DNA from: an uncultured Lachnospiraceae bacterium
Lineage (GTDB): Bacteria; Bacillota; Clostridia; Lachnospirales; Lachnospiraceae
Reading direction: 5' to 3'
NCBI GenBank assembly: GCA_947246015.1
Contig: CAMXQE010000007.1
Span: forward strand, 16,171 to 80,170
DNA: 64,000 bases
The position numbers and the translations under genes were made by a program. Positions 40,468 to 50,389 of the stretch are shown here, piece after piece. Within the stretch, counting starts at the first letter, position 1; each line of letters starts with the position of its first letter. Below the pieces are notes generated by a model. It saw nothing but the letters and a program-made list of their open reading frames with translations, did not search any database and was not told where the DNA came from.

Positions 40468-41283
40468 ATGGAAAATAAAAAAAATTATGGAACAGATGTT
40501 GCAGCGGCAAGAAAAATATATGAAACAAAGGTTGGATTGGAAGCGTTTGAAAGGGCCGGAAATAATCCGCAGTTAAAAGGCATTGTACATGAAGTATTGT
40601 ATAAAGATGCGCAGACGGTTAATCCGGTTAATTTATTCAATGGTACAAAAGGAGTATTGTCGAAATCGACAACCGCAGTAAGAGATGATGTATTGCTGAT
40701 GAATGGAGGAAAGGTACTTGGAAGAAGCCAGTTAAAAGATACCGCCGGTTCCATTTCCAAGACGGTAAAACAGGCTGCCGATGGAAAATATGCCGGAACC
40801 AGGCTGATGGGGACAAATGAAACGGTTCAGGCATATGAGAAAGCAGTGGAAAAATTGTCTGCGAAAGGAATATCTGTTTCGCAGAAAATGACTTCTACCG
40901 GTATTTCATCAGCAGATACAAGCAGAATCGCTGTAGAAACGATAGGAGGAAAGCTGGCGGCTAAATCGCTGGCAAAGGTGGCGGGAAGTTCCGGTGTGGC
41001 AGGCGGTGTGATTTCCGGAGGAATAGAGACTGTCTGTGCAGGGATGGATTTACTTGAGGGGAATATTGATGGCGGAGAATTTGCCGGCAGAGTGGCAAAA
41101 GAAACGATTGGAGGAGGAATTTCGGCAGCAGGGGGAAGCGTGGCGGCAACGGCAGTGTCTGCGTGTACGGCATCTGTTTTGGCAGCAACAGCGGCTCCGG
41201 TTTGGGTTCCGGCGGCAGTCGGTATCGGTGCGGCCGTTGTAGTAGGTTCTCTTATAAAAGATATTTGGGATGCAGTCTTTTGA
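40468..41283 (+). CDS. Hypothetical protein with Gly/Ala-rich hydrophobic C-terminus (ORF open from 40432)
   Basis: RBS AGGAGG before ATG 40468; E..D..QLK pattern in the N-half; GxxxG glycine-zipper helices and terminal TM APVWVPAAVGIGAAVVVGSLI. Confidence 0.75.
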   Translation: MENKKNYGTDVAAARKIYETKVGLEAFERAGNNPQLKGIVHEVLYKDAQTVNPVNLFNGTKGVLSKSTTAVRDDVLLMNGGKVLGRSQLKDTAGSISKTVKQAADGKYAGTRLMGTNETVQAYEKAVEKLSAKGISVSQKMTSTGISSADTSRIAVETIGGKLAAKSLAKVAGSSGVAGGVISGGIETVCAGMDLLEGNIDGGEFAGRVAKETIGGGISAAGGSVAATAVSACTASVLAATAAPVWVPAAVGIGAAVVVGSLIKDIWDAVF

Positions 41284-41395
41284 AAGACAGAATATGCAAT
41301 ATCGTATTGGGGGATTTGTGGTATAATATGGGAAAAAGAGGATAATTCAACATTATGATTGTTACCAAGCAGGAAAGCATGGAGAAAGGAAAATT

Positions 41396-43309
41396 GTGGA
41401 CACACAGGATAAAAATTATCTGTTATTTGTTCCCAGCCGTTTGACAGCCAATCCGAAATCAATTTGCTATAAAGTGGAAGGGAGGGAAACAGAATATGCC
41501 GGGATGCAGACGAATGAAGCTGTTACCAAATATCTGGTAGATTATTTGTATGAAAAAGGCGGGAAGCTGGATAAGATTATCATGTTGTGTACGGAAGAAG
41601 TGCAATATGAGGGGCTTCCTGTGATAGAAGGGCGTACTACGCTGGAATATTATAAGGATGCCATATGCGGATTTCTTGCCGGGGATGAAAAATACAGTGA
41701 GGACTATTCTGATACAGAGGCATTGTTTGAAATAGTGCCATATTCAGCTTCAGATTATGATGTAAGCGAGATTAAGAAGCCTTTGGATGAAGTGCTTAAG
41801 ATTACAGAGAACAAAGAAAAGGCTTTTAGTGAACATCTGTATGTGGATTTTACCGGAGGACCGAGAAGCGCTGCTTTGACACTGATATTCACCTGCAGGA
41901 TGCTTCAGCTAAATGAAGTTGCAGTGGAAAAGATTCTATACAGCAACATTCATACAGAAGGGCAGAAACTGGCCGGAAAGATAGAGGAATGCACAAAGGT
42001 CTATAATGTTTTTGCCATTTTGGAGGCAAAGGAAGCGCTTGTGCATGGAGACAGAAGTAAAATGCTGGAGTATGCAGAGAAATCGGGCGATGAAGATATG
42101 AAAAAAACTTTTCAGGAGTATGATGAAATCTCTGCGAAAAGGGAAATGGCAAACCAGACCAATCAATTGGCAGATGTAATTCTGGAATCGCAGGGGGTTA
42201 TTGCCTCAGCGGATAAGATTGCCAATTTGGAGAATCATCTGGCAGCAGAGCTGTTTTCAAAAGGAATCGAGAATCAGGTAAAAGACAGCAGGAATATCGT
42301 TGAAAACCCCAGATATCATAAGCTGACGTATATCGAAGAACATTTGAAAAAAAAGAGATATGATAAAGTAATCAGTTTTTTTCGTGAAAATATCATGGAA
42401 AGTCTGATTGAGTTTCAAATCATAAAAGGGGGATGGAACAGGGAACTGAATAAAAAGGTGGTGGTAAATGAACTGATGGGAGTTTACTGCTATTATGAGA
42501 CACCTGAAAGCAGTAAATCCGATAAAAAAAACAAGGATGCAAAAAGGACTTTTATGGATGCGGTACGGGATTATATAAAATTGCTTAATGAATATCCGGA
42601 CAGAGACCCATATGATGTTTTGAAGGAAAGGAACCAGTGGTTCTATGATATACGCGAACATATGGACTGGACATCTGAACGGGGGTTTACGCATAATGGC
42701 AAAAGCAGGCGCATTTGCAATGAGAAGCTGTTTCCTTATCTGGAAGCCGAAAACGGAACAGGTATGAAAGCAGGCGAACTGATAGAGAAGTATCAGAAAA
42801 TGGAGCAGGTTTATACAGGCTATGGATTTCCGTTCGCATGTACATATGGCAATACGTGGTTTTTTGACGCATATGAGGATTTATACAAAAAGAATATGAA
42901 CTGCGGTGCAAGAAGTCTGCAGAAATATTTTCAGCACACTGCAGACGGCAGGATGCAAAAAGCGCTTGCATGTTTTCCAAAGGAAAGATTTACGTATGAA
43001 ACACTGATTCAGGCGCTGCAAAAGGAACAGTATCAGAAAATGCTATATGTTCTTTTCCCGTTTGAGTTAAATAAAAGAAGCATTTGTTCCGATGTGATGA
43101 CAGAAGAAAAATGGGAAGAATTTATTTATGATTTTGTACGCTCATTTTATAATGTGAAACAGGTAAGGAACGGACTTGCCCATGGAGGCAGTCTGAAGGG
43201 GGATGATGTGGAGAGAGCCGTCAGGACGGTAGAAAGGGTACTCTGTCAGATAAGGGAAATGGAAAATGAAAAGCCTGCTGCAGGTATAAAAACAAAGGGG
43301 AGGAGGTGA
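41396..43309 (+). CDS. CARF-HEPN ancillary ribonuclease (Csx1/Csm6-like, TM1812-type CARF)
   Basis: CARF motif YVDFTGGPRS; C-terminal HEPN RNGLAH (RxxxxH); extended -10 TGGTATAAT upstream. Confidence 0.82.
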   Translation: MDTQDKNYLLFVPSRLTANPKSICYKVEGRETEYAGMQTNEAVTKYLVDYLYEKGGKLDKIIMLCTEEVQYEGLPVIEGRTTLEYYKDAICGFLAGDEKYSEDYSDTEALFEIVPYSASDYDVSEIKKPLDEVLKITENKEKAFSEHLYVDFTGGPRSAALTLIFTCRMLQLNEVAVEKILYSNIHTEGQKLAGKIEECTKVYNVFAILEAKEALVHGDRSKMLEYAEKSGDEDMKKTFQEYDEISAKREMANQTNQLADVILESQGVIASADKIANLENHLAAELFSKGIENQVKDSRNIVENPRYHKLTYIEEHLKKKRYDKVISFFRENIMESLIEFQIIKGGWNRELNKKVVVNELMGVYCYYETPESSKSDKKNKDAKRTFMDAVRDYIKLLNEYPDRDPYDVLKERNQWFYDIREHMDWTSERGFTHNGKSRRICNEKLFPYLEAENGTGMKAGELIEKYQKMEQVYTGYGFPFACTYGNTWFFDAYEDLYKKNMNCGARSLQKYFQHTADGRMQKALACFPKERFTYETLIQALQKEQYQKMLYVLFPFELNKRSICSDVMTEEKWEEFIYDFVRSFYNVKQVRNGLAHGGSLKGDDVERAVRTVERVLCQIREMENEKPAAGIKTKGRR

Positions 43310-43315
43310 AGCCGG

Positions 43316-43675
43316 ATAAAAAAATATTTTATAAATTTTACAAATCATCCATCTGTCAAATGGGAAGAAAAGCAGAGAATGGCAGCATTGGAATACGGAG
43401 AGATTATTGATGTTCCTTTTCCAACGGTAGACCCGCAGGGAGATGAGGGTTATATTGAAGGATTGGCAGAACGTTATCTGCGGCGGATTTTACAGCTTCA
43501 TCCGTATGTGGTTTTATGTCAGGGAGAATTTTGTCTGGCATACCGGATAATAACAAAACTGCATGAAAGCGGGATTATGGTTTTGGCGGCATGCAGTGAG
43601 CGCGTTGTGAAAGAGGCCGGACAGAAAAAAGAGGTAATGTTTGCATTTTCGCAGTTCCGCAGATACTGCAGGTGA
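43316..43675 (+). CDS. Small CRISPR-associated CARF-fold protein, ring-nuclease-like (Csx20/Csx15-type)
   Basis: FINFTNHPS..W...Q..AA..YGEIIDVPFP.VDP...QGEF...SER...F..FRRY; the conserved N-terminus lies upstream of the first ATG (43379). Confidence 0.65.
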   Translation: MKKYFINFTNHPSVKWEEKQRMAALEYGEIIDVPFPTVDPQGDEGYIEGLAERYLRRILQLHPYVVLCQGEFCLAYRIITKLHESGIMVLAACSERVVKEAGQKKEVMFAFSQFRRYCR

Positions 43676-43719
43676 ATGTTGGAAAAGGAAGAAGAAGCCT
43701 TAAAACGGAGGGATAAAAC

Positions 43720-44655
43720 TTGGAGGCGGATATGCAGAGATTAGGACAGGCATTGCGGATTCGGTATGTGAAGCTGCATTTTAAGGTACAATTTTGGAAA
43801 GCATCCAGACTTCCGGTGAACAAAGTGTCAGCAATCCGGGGTGGAATCGGAGAAATGCTGCTGCGGGCCAATTGTATCCGGGACCGGAATTGTGTAAGCT
43901 GTGATTTTGAGCAGGAATGTATTGTAAGAAGAACGATGTATTCCAAATTTGACAAAAAGCCGGCTTTTGTGACTACTGGTGACAGTGCCGGATATGTGCT
44001 GGAATGTGAAAACTATGAAGAATTTTTTGATGCCGGGGATATCCTGGAATTTCAACTTATTTTGTTTGGCAAGACGATTGTATATTTCAGCCAGTTTCTG
44101 CAGGCTGTTTATCAGCTTGGCAGTGCGGGCATTGGGAAGGAACATGCCATGTATCATTTGGTATCGGTTCGAAATACCACAGGAAAGGAAATTTTGGACG
44201 GAGAACATATTCTGATGGAACGTTATGAGATACAGACAATAGAAGATTATGTCAGATACCGTCTGCAGCAGAATGTCCGGTGGGAGAACCGGATTCGTTT
44301 TAAGACTCCCGTGACCCTGAAATATCAGGGGAAAATGCAGGAGACCCTGAATTTGGAGGCGGTTGCTGCAGCAGTATTCCGCAGGCTTTATATTCTGGAC
44401 TGTTTTGAGGGACTGGATTGCGGGGAGTTATGCTGGCAGGGAGAATATCCGGAGGTTTTGAAAGAAGAATCTAAAAGAGTATCGGTTTGCCGGTATTCCG
44501 GCACGCAGAATCAGAAAATGGCGTTGCAGGGTATAAAGGGAGATATGCAGCTGTCAGGGCTTCCGCAGGAGCTGCTGCAGGTTCTGCTGGCAGGTGAAAT
44601 TATGCATATAGGAAAGAATACAAGTTTTGGATTCGGAAGATACCATGTATGGTAA
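43720..44655 (+). CDS. cas6: Cas6 crRNA-processing endoribonuclease
   Basis: C-terminal G-loop HIGKNTSFGFGRY; RF.TP motif; N-terminal C..C..C..C zinc site. Confidence 0.92.
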   Translation: MEADMQRLGQALRIRYVKLHFKVQFWKASRLPVNKVSAIRGGIGEMLLRANCIRDRNCVSCDFEQECIVRRTMYSKFDKKPAFVTTGDSAGYVLECENYEEFFDAGDILEFQLILFGKTIVYFSQFLQAVYQLGSAGIGKEHAMYHLVSVRNTTGKEILDGEHILMERYEIQTIEDYVRYRLQQNVRWENRIRFKTPVTLKYQGKMQETLNLEAVAAAVFRRLYILDCFEGLDCGELCWQGEYPEVLKEESKRVSVCRYSGTQNQKMALQGIKGDMQLSGLPQELLQVLLAGEIMHIGKNTSFGFGRYHVW

Positions 44656-44679
44656 GGCAGGGAAAACGAGGGTGCGGAA

Positions 44680-46254
44680 ATGGAAGGAGGAAATATTTTG
44701 AAAGACGAGAGAGTTCTGGCGATGTATGATGTGAGGGGAAAGCAGGAGTATATTTACCGGAGCAGGAAGATTCAGGAGATTATAGGAGCGTCCTGTATAA
44801 TCAGGGATGTATTTGAGGATTATCTGTATCCGGCTGCCCGGCAGGTTCGGAATAAAGAAAAGGATATGGGGGATAAAGAGGCAGTATACCGGTACGGACC
44901 GAAAACGGCAGAGGCTTTTTCCACGGAAGCCTTTGAACAGCGTATGCAGGAAGGATGTTATATAGGGGAGGTGGTTTATGACGGTGGTGGGAACTTTCTG
45001 ATTTTGTACAGGGACAGGGAGACATGTATCAGGGTGAACCGGCTTTTTACAAAGAGCCTGATGGAACATACCGGTACACTGAAGGTATTATGCACGATTT
45101 TGGAACATCCTGATTTTATGCGGTACCAGGAGGATAATCGTAGATTATATGAGCAGCATCGGAGGAATGAAGCGACAGAGAGTGTGATTCATCCGGTGAA
45201 CAATCTGCCGGTGGTTCAGGTTGACCCTCGTACTTCGAGACCCTTATCAGTAAAACGCATAACTGCAGGAGCTGGCGGGGACGGCAGGAAAAAGATGTCT
45301 TTGGAATGCGCTGCAAAGTACGATAAATATCGGGAGGAGGAGAGGCGCGGAGAGGCAGCGGAGGAAAAGATTTTAGACAGGATTGTGGAAAAGAGGGGGG
45401 AAGAAAGCCTGTTGGCCGTGATATATATAGACGGCAATAACATGGGGGCGCAGGTACAGAAGTGTCTGGAAGGAAAGGAAAGTTATGAAGAATGCGTCAC
45501 GGAGCTTAGAAGATTCTCAGGTGAAATCCAAAAAAACTATGTGGATGACCGGATGGAGGCCATCAATGCCATGCTGGACGGGAAATATAAAGATGAGAGA
45601 GATGAGGACGGGAAGAGCAGGCCTGGTAAAAAGCGGCGGACGATTGTAGCGGCAGGGGATGAAATGGCAATCATCTGCAATGCCCGGGATGCTTTGGATG
45701 TAGTGAAGGCATATTTCAGAGACTTTCCGGAGAAATGCAGTTCCTGTGTGGGAATTGCAGTCTTTCACAGTCATGCACCTTATGCGGACGCATACCGGCT
45801 GGCCGAAGAATGTTGTGAATCCGGGAAAGCATGGATGAAGAAAAAGGGTTTAAACCATGCGTGTCTGTTAGATTTTCATTATTGCCAGGGCGGAATCGGA
45901 ATTTCGTTGGAAGGGATTCGGAAGAAAGAACTGCCTGAGAAAGAATGCAGCAGGCCATGGATGATGCTTTCCCACTCAAAGGACAGGGAGGAAGGATTCT
46001 GCTATTCTTTGGAACTGGCAGAGGAGATGGCAGCTCTCCTGCGGCGTCTAGGCCGGAGTAATGTGAAATCACTTTTAAGTGCAGCATTAAACAGCCCGGC
46101 AGATTTGGAAATGGAGTTGGAAAGGATTAATGCACATAGAACGGAACCTGAGGATTTTACATTAGGCGGGAAGCTGGATGAGGAGCGGAAAAGAAAGTTG
46201 ATTTACGATATCGTTCTGGTTTATGATTTATGGTTTCGGGAAGAGGAGGTGTAA
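44680..46254 (+). CDS. cas10: Cas10 (type III-D, no HD domain)
   Basis: DVRGKQEYIY, YDGGGN (Palm1), YIDGNNMG and AAGDE (Palm2), AP...AYRLAEECCESGK. Confidence 0.9.
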   Translation: MEGGNILKDERVLAMYDVRGKQEYIYRSRKIQEIIGASCIIRDVFEDYLYPAARQVRNKEKDMGDKEAVYRYGPKTAEAFSTEAFEQRMQEGCYIGEVVYDGGGNFLILYRDRETCIRVNRLFTKSLMEHTGTLKVLCTILEHPDFMRYQEDNRRLYEQHRRNEATESVIHPVNNLPVVQVDPRTSRPLSVKRITAGAGGDGRKKMSLECAAKYDKYREEERRGEAAEEKILDRIVEKRGEESLLAVIYIDGNNMGAQVQKCLEGKESYEECVTELRRFSGEIQKNYVDDRMEAINAMLDGKYKDERDEDGKSRPGKKRRTIVAAGDEMAIICNARDALDVVKAYFRDFPEKCSSCVGIAVFHSHAPYADAYRLAEECCESGKAWMKKKGLNHACLLDFHYCQGGIGISLEGIRKKELPEKECSRPWMMLSHSKDREEGFCYSLELAEEMAALLRRLGRSNVKSLLSAALNSPADLEMELERINAHRTEPEDFTLGGKLDEERKRKLIYDIVLVYDLWFREEEV

Positions 46255-46255
46255 A

Positions 46256-48520
46256 ATGGGAATTTTATATGGTAGGTTAAAAATTGAACTTATGTCAGAC
46301 CTTTGCGCAGGGTCCGGTTATTCTTACGCAGGAGTAATTGATTCTGATGTATCTTATGATGAGTACGGACTTCCTTATATACCGGCCCGCCGCCTGAAAG
46401 GCTGTATGAGGGAAGCAGCGGAACTGGTTTGTCCTGATATGACGGAAAAGCTGTTCGGTAAGCCGGGAGATGATGGGACAAAAGGGATAGTTCTGTGGAA
46501 TGCCTATATAGAAGAGTACGATTCGGTGACGGAAGAACTTGGGAAACTGCATCATGAAGCGTACAGGGAGGCGGCTTACCTGTCACAGCAGAATATACTG
46601 AAGCTGTATACAGGTATCAGGGCGCAGACAAAATTGTGTCCGGAGACGGGAACTGCACAGCAGAATACTCTGAGATATACCAGGGTAGTGGGACAATATA
46701 ATCCGTTGAAAGAGAAGGTTCCTCTTTGCTTTTATGCAAAGCTGGAAATTCCTGATATTTATAAAGAAGTATTGGAACGGATTGTTAAAGCGGTAAGAAA
46801 TATCGGAATGAACCGGAACCGGGGATTAGGAAGTGTGCGCTGTAGTCTGAGTAATTTAAGAATAGCAGAAGAACCGGAACTGAGGACGGGTAAAAGGACA
46901 GAAGGGGAAGAAAGAGTCTGTCTTACTTATGTTCTTTGCAACAGGGAACCTTTGTTGATGAGCAGTGATAATGTAGAAGTTTCGGATTCTTATATCAGTG
47001 GAAAGAGTGTCCTCGGAAAACTGGCGGGAGCTTATCTTCGCGGGGAAGGGAGAAGTGCGGAAGGAGAGGAATTCAGGCAATTGTTTTTGGACGGAAATAC
47101 TCTTTTTACCAATGCATATCCGACCATTCTGCCCGAAAAGGGCAGGGAATTGGCAGCACAGTGGCCGGATTATGCTCCGGCGCCGCTTTATCTGAACCGG
47201 TTGAAAAAAACAGGCGTTTTGGTAAATCTGCTTGGAGAAAATAAGGAGATTCCACAGGGCAGAAGAGACATATATGATACAGGAGGAGGAAATCTGCCGA
47301 AAAAACTGAAAACACACTATGTTTATGAGAGCAGCCCTAATATGTATGATGTGATAGAGCCGCAGCGGGAGATTCTTTACCATAACAGTAAACGGGAACT
47401 TTTGTATTCACTGGAGGCAGTAAAAGAAGGACAGTATTTTAAAGGGCAGATTTATACCAGCCGGAAATATGCAAATCTGCTTAGGGGGCTGTTAGAACAT
47501 ACGCATCTTTCTTTTGGAAAGTCCAAGACAGCCCAGTATGGGATTTGTGAGCTGGCAGCCGGGATAACGGCGGAGACTGTCGAAGAAGAGACAATCTGTG
47601 CAGAAGAGGGCGAACGGATAGCAGTTGTTATGGATAGCGATGCGGTATTCATACATGGAGCTGACGGATATACCATAAAATTTGAGGAGATAAAAGAGCT
47701 GGTCGGAGGGCAGCTGGGGATTCCCTATGATAAAGAAGCAGATGAAAACAGTATGCTTCAGACAAAGGAAATAACGGGCTATAATACGAAATGGAATCTG
47801 CGAAGACCCGGAATGCCTGCGGTGAAGGCAGGCAGTGTACTGGTATATACCATACCGGCCGGACAAAGCTGGCAGAAGAACATATGGCCGGGGCGGACAT
47901 TTGTAGGAGAGAGGAATCTGGAGGGATATGGGCAGGTACGGATTGTAAAGTGCCGTGATATGTCTTATGCTGCGGAAAGCACGAGAGCGGAAAGAACGGG
48001 AGCAGAGCAGGATAAGCAGGCGGAGTGTCTGCATTTTCATAGCTGCATGTCCTTTCTTCTGCAGATTTTGACAGAACAGCTTTTGGAGCGTTTGGTTTTT
48101 CTATATACAGGGAGAGGAACAGAACTGAATCTGACGGCATCTACGGTAGGAAGGCTGAGTCTGATGCTTCAGGAAAGCCTGAATGAGTACAGAGGTGATG
48201 CAGAGAAAGCTTTTAAAGATTTTTGCAGCCGGGTGGAATCTATAAAAAGGAAGAAAGAGAAGGAAGAAGCATTCCGCTTGCTGTATTCCGTTTTGCTGAA
48301 GGAGAGAGGGGAAGAAAAGAGGGAGGCGGAAGGAGAGTACAGGCTGGATATTCAGAAAATGACTGAAGATAAAGGCGATTGGAAGCTGAAAGAAATAGGG
48401 AGTCTCTTAAAATTGTATTCTACTGAGGAGGAATACAGAGAAAGGCTGACAGATATATGGGGTGTGTACATGGAGAATATACTTACCTTTCATAAATATC
48501 TGAAAAAACATGAAGGCTGA
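46256..48520 (+). CDS. RAMP fusion Cas7-Cas5(Csx10)-Cas11-like
   Basis: G-loops IGMNRNRGLG, FGKSKTAQYG and VGERNLEGYG; PYIPARRLKG; helical C-terminal ~170 aa. Confidence 0.82.
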   Translation: MGILYGRLKIELMSDLCAGSGYSYAGVIDSDVSYDEYGLPYIPARRLKGCMREAAELVCPDMTEKLFGKPGDDGTKGIVLWNAYIEEYDSVTEELGKLHHEAYREAAYLSQQNILKLYTGIRAQTKLCPETGTAQQNTLRYTRVVGQYNPLKEKVPLCFYAKLEIPDIYKEVLERIVKAVRNIGMNRNRGLGSVRCSLSNLRIAEEPELRTGKRTEGEERVCLTYVLCNREPLLMSSDNVEVSDSYISGKSVLGKLAGAYLRGEGRSAEGEEFRQLFLDGNTLFTNAYPTILPEKGRELAAQWPDYAPAPLYLNRLKKTGVLVNLLGENKEIPQGRRDIYDTGGGNLPKKLKTHYVYESSPNMYDVIEPQREILYHNSKRELLYSLEAVKEGQYFKGQIYTSRKYANLLRGLLEHTHLSFGKSKTAQYGICELAAGITAETVEEETICAEEGERIAVVMDSDAVFIHGADGYTIKFEEIKELVGGQLGIPYDKEADENSMLQTKEITGYNTKWNLRRPGMPAVKAGSVLVYTIPAGQSWQKNIWPGRTFVGERNLEGYGQVRIVKCRDMSYAAESTRAERTGAEQDKQAECLHFHSCMSFLLQILTEQLLERLVFLYTGRGTELNLTASTVGRLSLMLQESLNEYRGDAEKAFKDFCSRVESIKRKKEKEEAFRLLYSVLLKERGEEKREAEGEYRLDIQKMTEDKGDWKLKEIGSLLKLYSTEEEYRERLTDIWGVYMENILTFHKYLKKHEG

Positions 48521-48584
48521 CAGGGTATTTTAGAAACATCCGCCGGAACCGTGCGGAAAGGAAGAATGGAAACAGGAGAGATAT

Positions 48585-49871
48585 ATGCGGAATAATACAG
48601 GGAAAAAAATATATTATCGGATAGTTTTTCAGACTGCATCTGCCCTGTCGGCAGGCAGTGGGGAAAACCGGTATTCAGACAGTGATTTCATAAGGAATTC
48701 AGTGGGAGAGCCTTTCATTCCGGGCAGCTCACTGGCAGGTATTTACCGTTCTTTTTTTACTGAGAATGATGCTGAGTATTACTTCGGGGCAGACAAAAAG
48801 GAAGAAAGAAAACAGGAAGAAGATGGGCCGGGGAGCAGGGTACTGGTGTATGATGCAAAGCTGCAGGATACAGAAGGAGGGATTCCTTACCGAAGGGTTA
48901 TCAGAGACTGTGTGGCACTGGATGAATGGAAAACAGGAAAGGATGGGCATAAGTTTGACTTTGAGACGGTTGAGCCGGGAGCTTGTTTTGTAACCTATTT
49001 AGAACAGAACTGCGGGCCGGGGGACAGAGATATTGGGAAAGAGCTGGCTGAGATTTGGAGAGAGCGCAGGATTTACATTGGCCGTAAGACGATGCGGGGT
49101 CTTGGAAGCATTGGAAAGGCTATGATTTACCGGCGGAGCTTTGATTTGACGGAGCAGTCGGAGCTGGATGCATGGCTTGACTTTGATATGTATCAGGAGA
49201 AGGACTGGACAGATGCAGAGTTTGAGGCAGAGGACAGACAGGAAACAGGACGGGGCAGGATGATTTCCATAGAGTTTAATCTAAAGCAGAAGGGAGGAAT
49301 TTCAATCCGCCGTTATACGACAAAGGTGACGACCGGAGTGATTCAGCCGGATGCAGAGCAGCTTACCTGTATTACCGGAAAGGATGGACAGGAAGTGCCG
49401 TATATTCCGGGGAGTTCCTGGGCAGGTGCGTTCCGCCATCATATGGAACGGTTAATTCCGGGATGTACGCGGGGATGTTTTGGGGATTGTGAAAAGCGTT
49501 CTGCCATTCGGTTTGGCGAAAGCTTTATCAGCGGGGCGTCCGCGAAGGTACTGACCAGAAATGCGGTGGACCGTTTTACCGGAGGAGTGATTGAGACGGC
49601 ATTATTTACTGAGAAAATGTGGTATGGAGGAACGACAGTGCTGCGCATAGAGCTTCCCGCAGAAGTGGATATGGAAGTATGGCAGGCACTGGCAGCTTCT
49701 TTGGCGGATTTGCATGCGGGGCTTCTTTCCGTAGGCGGTCTGACGGCTGTGGGAAGAGGTATTTTTGAAGGAGAGACTCTGTTTATTGACCATGAACCGG
49801 TTCTTCCGGGAGATGGGATGTATGAACGGATTTTAAAAAAGCTGGAGGAGATGCGTGTATGGAAAAAATAG
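48585..49871 (+). CDS. Tandem Cas7-Cas7 (Csm3-like) fusion
   Basis: Two RAMP units: PFIPGSSLAG/IGRKTMRGLG and PYIPGSSWAG/VGGLTAVGRG. Confidence 0.88.
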   Translation: MRNNTGKKIYYRIVFQTASALSAGSGENRYSDSDFIRNSVGEPFIPGSSLAGIYRSFFTENDAEYYFGADKKEERKQEEDGPGSRVLVYDAKLQDTEGGIPYRRVIRDCVALDEWKTGKDGHKFDFETVEPGACFVTYLEQNCGPGDRDIGKELAEIWRERRIYIGRKTMRGLGSIGKAMIYRRSFDLTEQSELDAWLDFDMYQEKDWTDAEFEAEDRQETGRGRMISIEFNLKQKGGISIRRYTTKVTTGVIQPDAEQLTCITGKDGQEVPYIPGSSWAGAFRHHMERLIPGCTRGCFGDCEKRSAIRFGESFISGASAKVLTRNAVDRFTGGVIETALFTEKMWYGGTTVLRIELPAEVDMEVWQALAASLADLHAGLLSVGGLTAVGRGIFEGETLFIDHEPVLPGDGMYERILKKLEEMRVWKK

Positions 49872-50389
49872 AGACAATGGAACAATTCTGGCAATGTGCA
49901 GATACGATGGCAGAAGGTTTCCTCTTTGCCATGTTTACAGATGAAATTGTGTGGGAGAGCTGGCCGTTAACTTCCGAAAAACGGGAAAATTTCCGGAAAA
50001 AGGAGGGGAAGCTTTTGGATGTGCGAATCTTTAATAAGGAAAAAGAGGTGCGCATGTTCCGCGGGGATATCGGAAGAAAGCTTCAGGGCAGAAGTATCGA
50101 TGACGGGAAGGATATACTGAAGCAGCAGGAGTATTTTGACGAGGAACAGTATCTGGATATTGACGATAAGCGTTCGGAAGAGGTATTTGCCAGAGAGAAA
50201 AAGGTAGTTGCCACCGGAGGCGGCTGTTATTCCCTGCCATTGCCGGGGTTCGTGGATGCAAAGGTAAGGCTCCGCAATTATCTTGGCTATTACGAAGAAA
50301 CAGGCCAGGTATATGTAAGGGACTGGCGGCTTATGGGGTTATTTCAGGAAAGGCCCGGGCAGGTGCAGAGCCAGAGGAGGAGAAAATGA
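49859..50389 (+). CDS. csx19: Csx19
   Basis: LLDVRIFN..KE, RNYLGYY..G..YV.DWRL.G; position between cas7 genes is typical of III-D. Confidence 0.8.
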   Translation: MEKIETMEQFWQCADTMAEGFLFAMFTDEIVWESWPLTSEKRENFRKKEGKLLDVRIFNKEKEVRMFRGDIGRKLQGRSIDDGKDILKQQEYFDEEQYLDIDDKRSEEVFAREKKVVATGGGCYSLPLPGFVDAKVRLRNYLGYYEETGQVYVRDWRLMGLFQERPGQVQSQRRRK

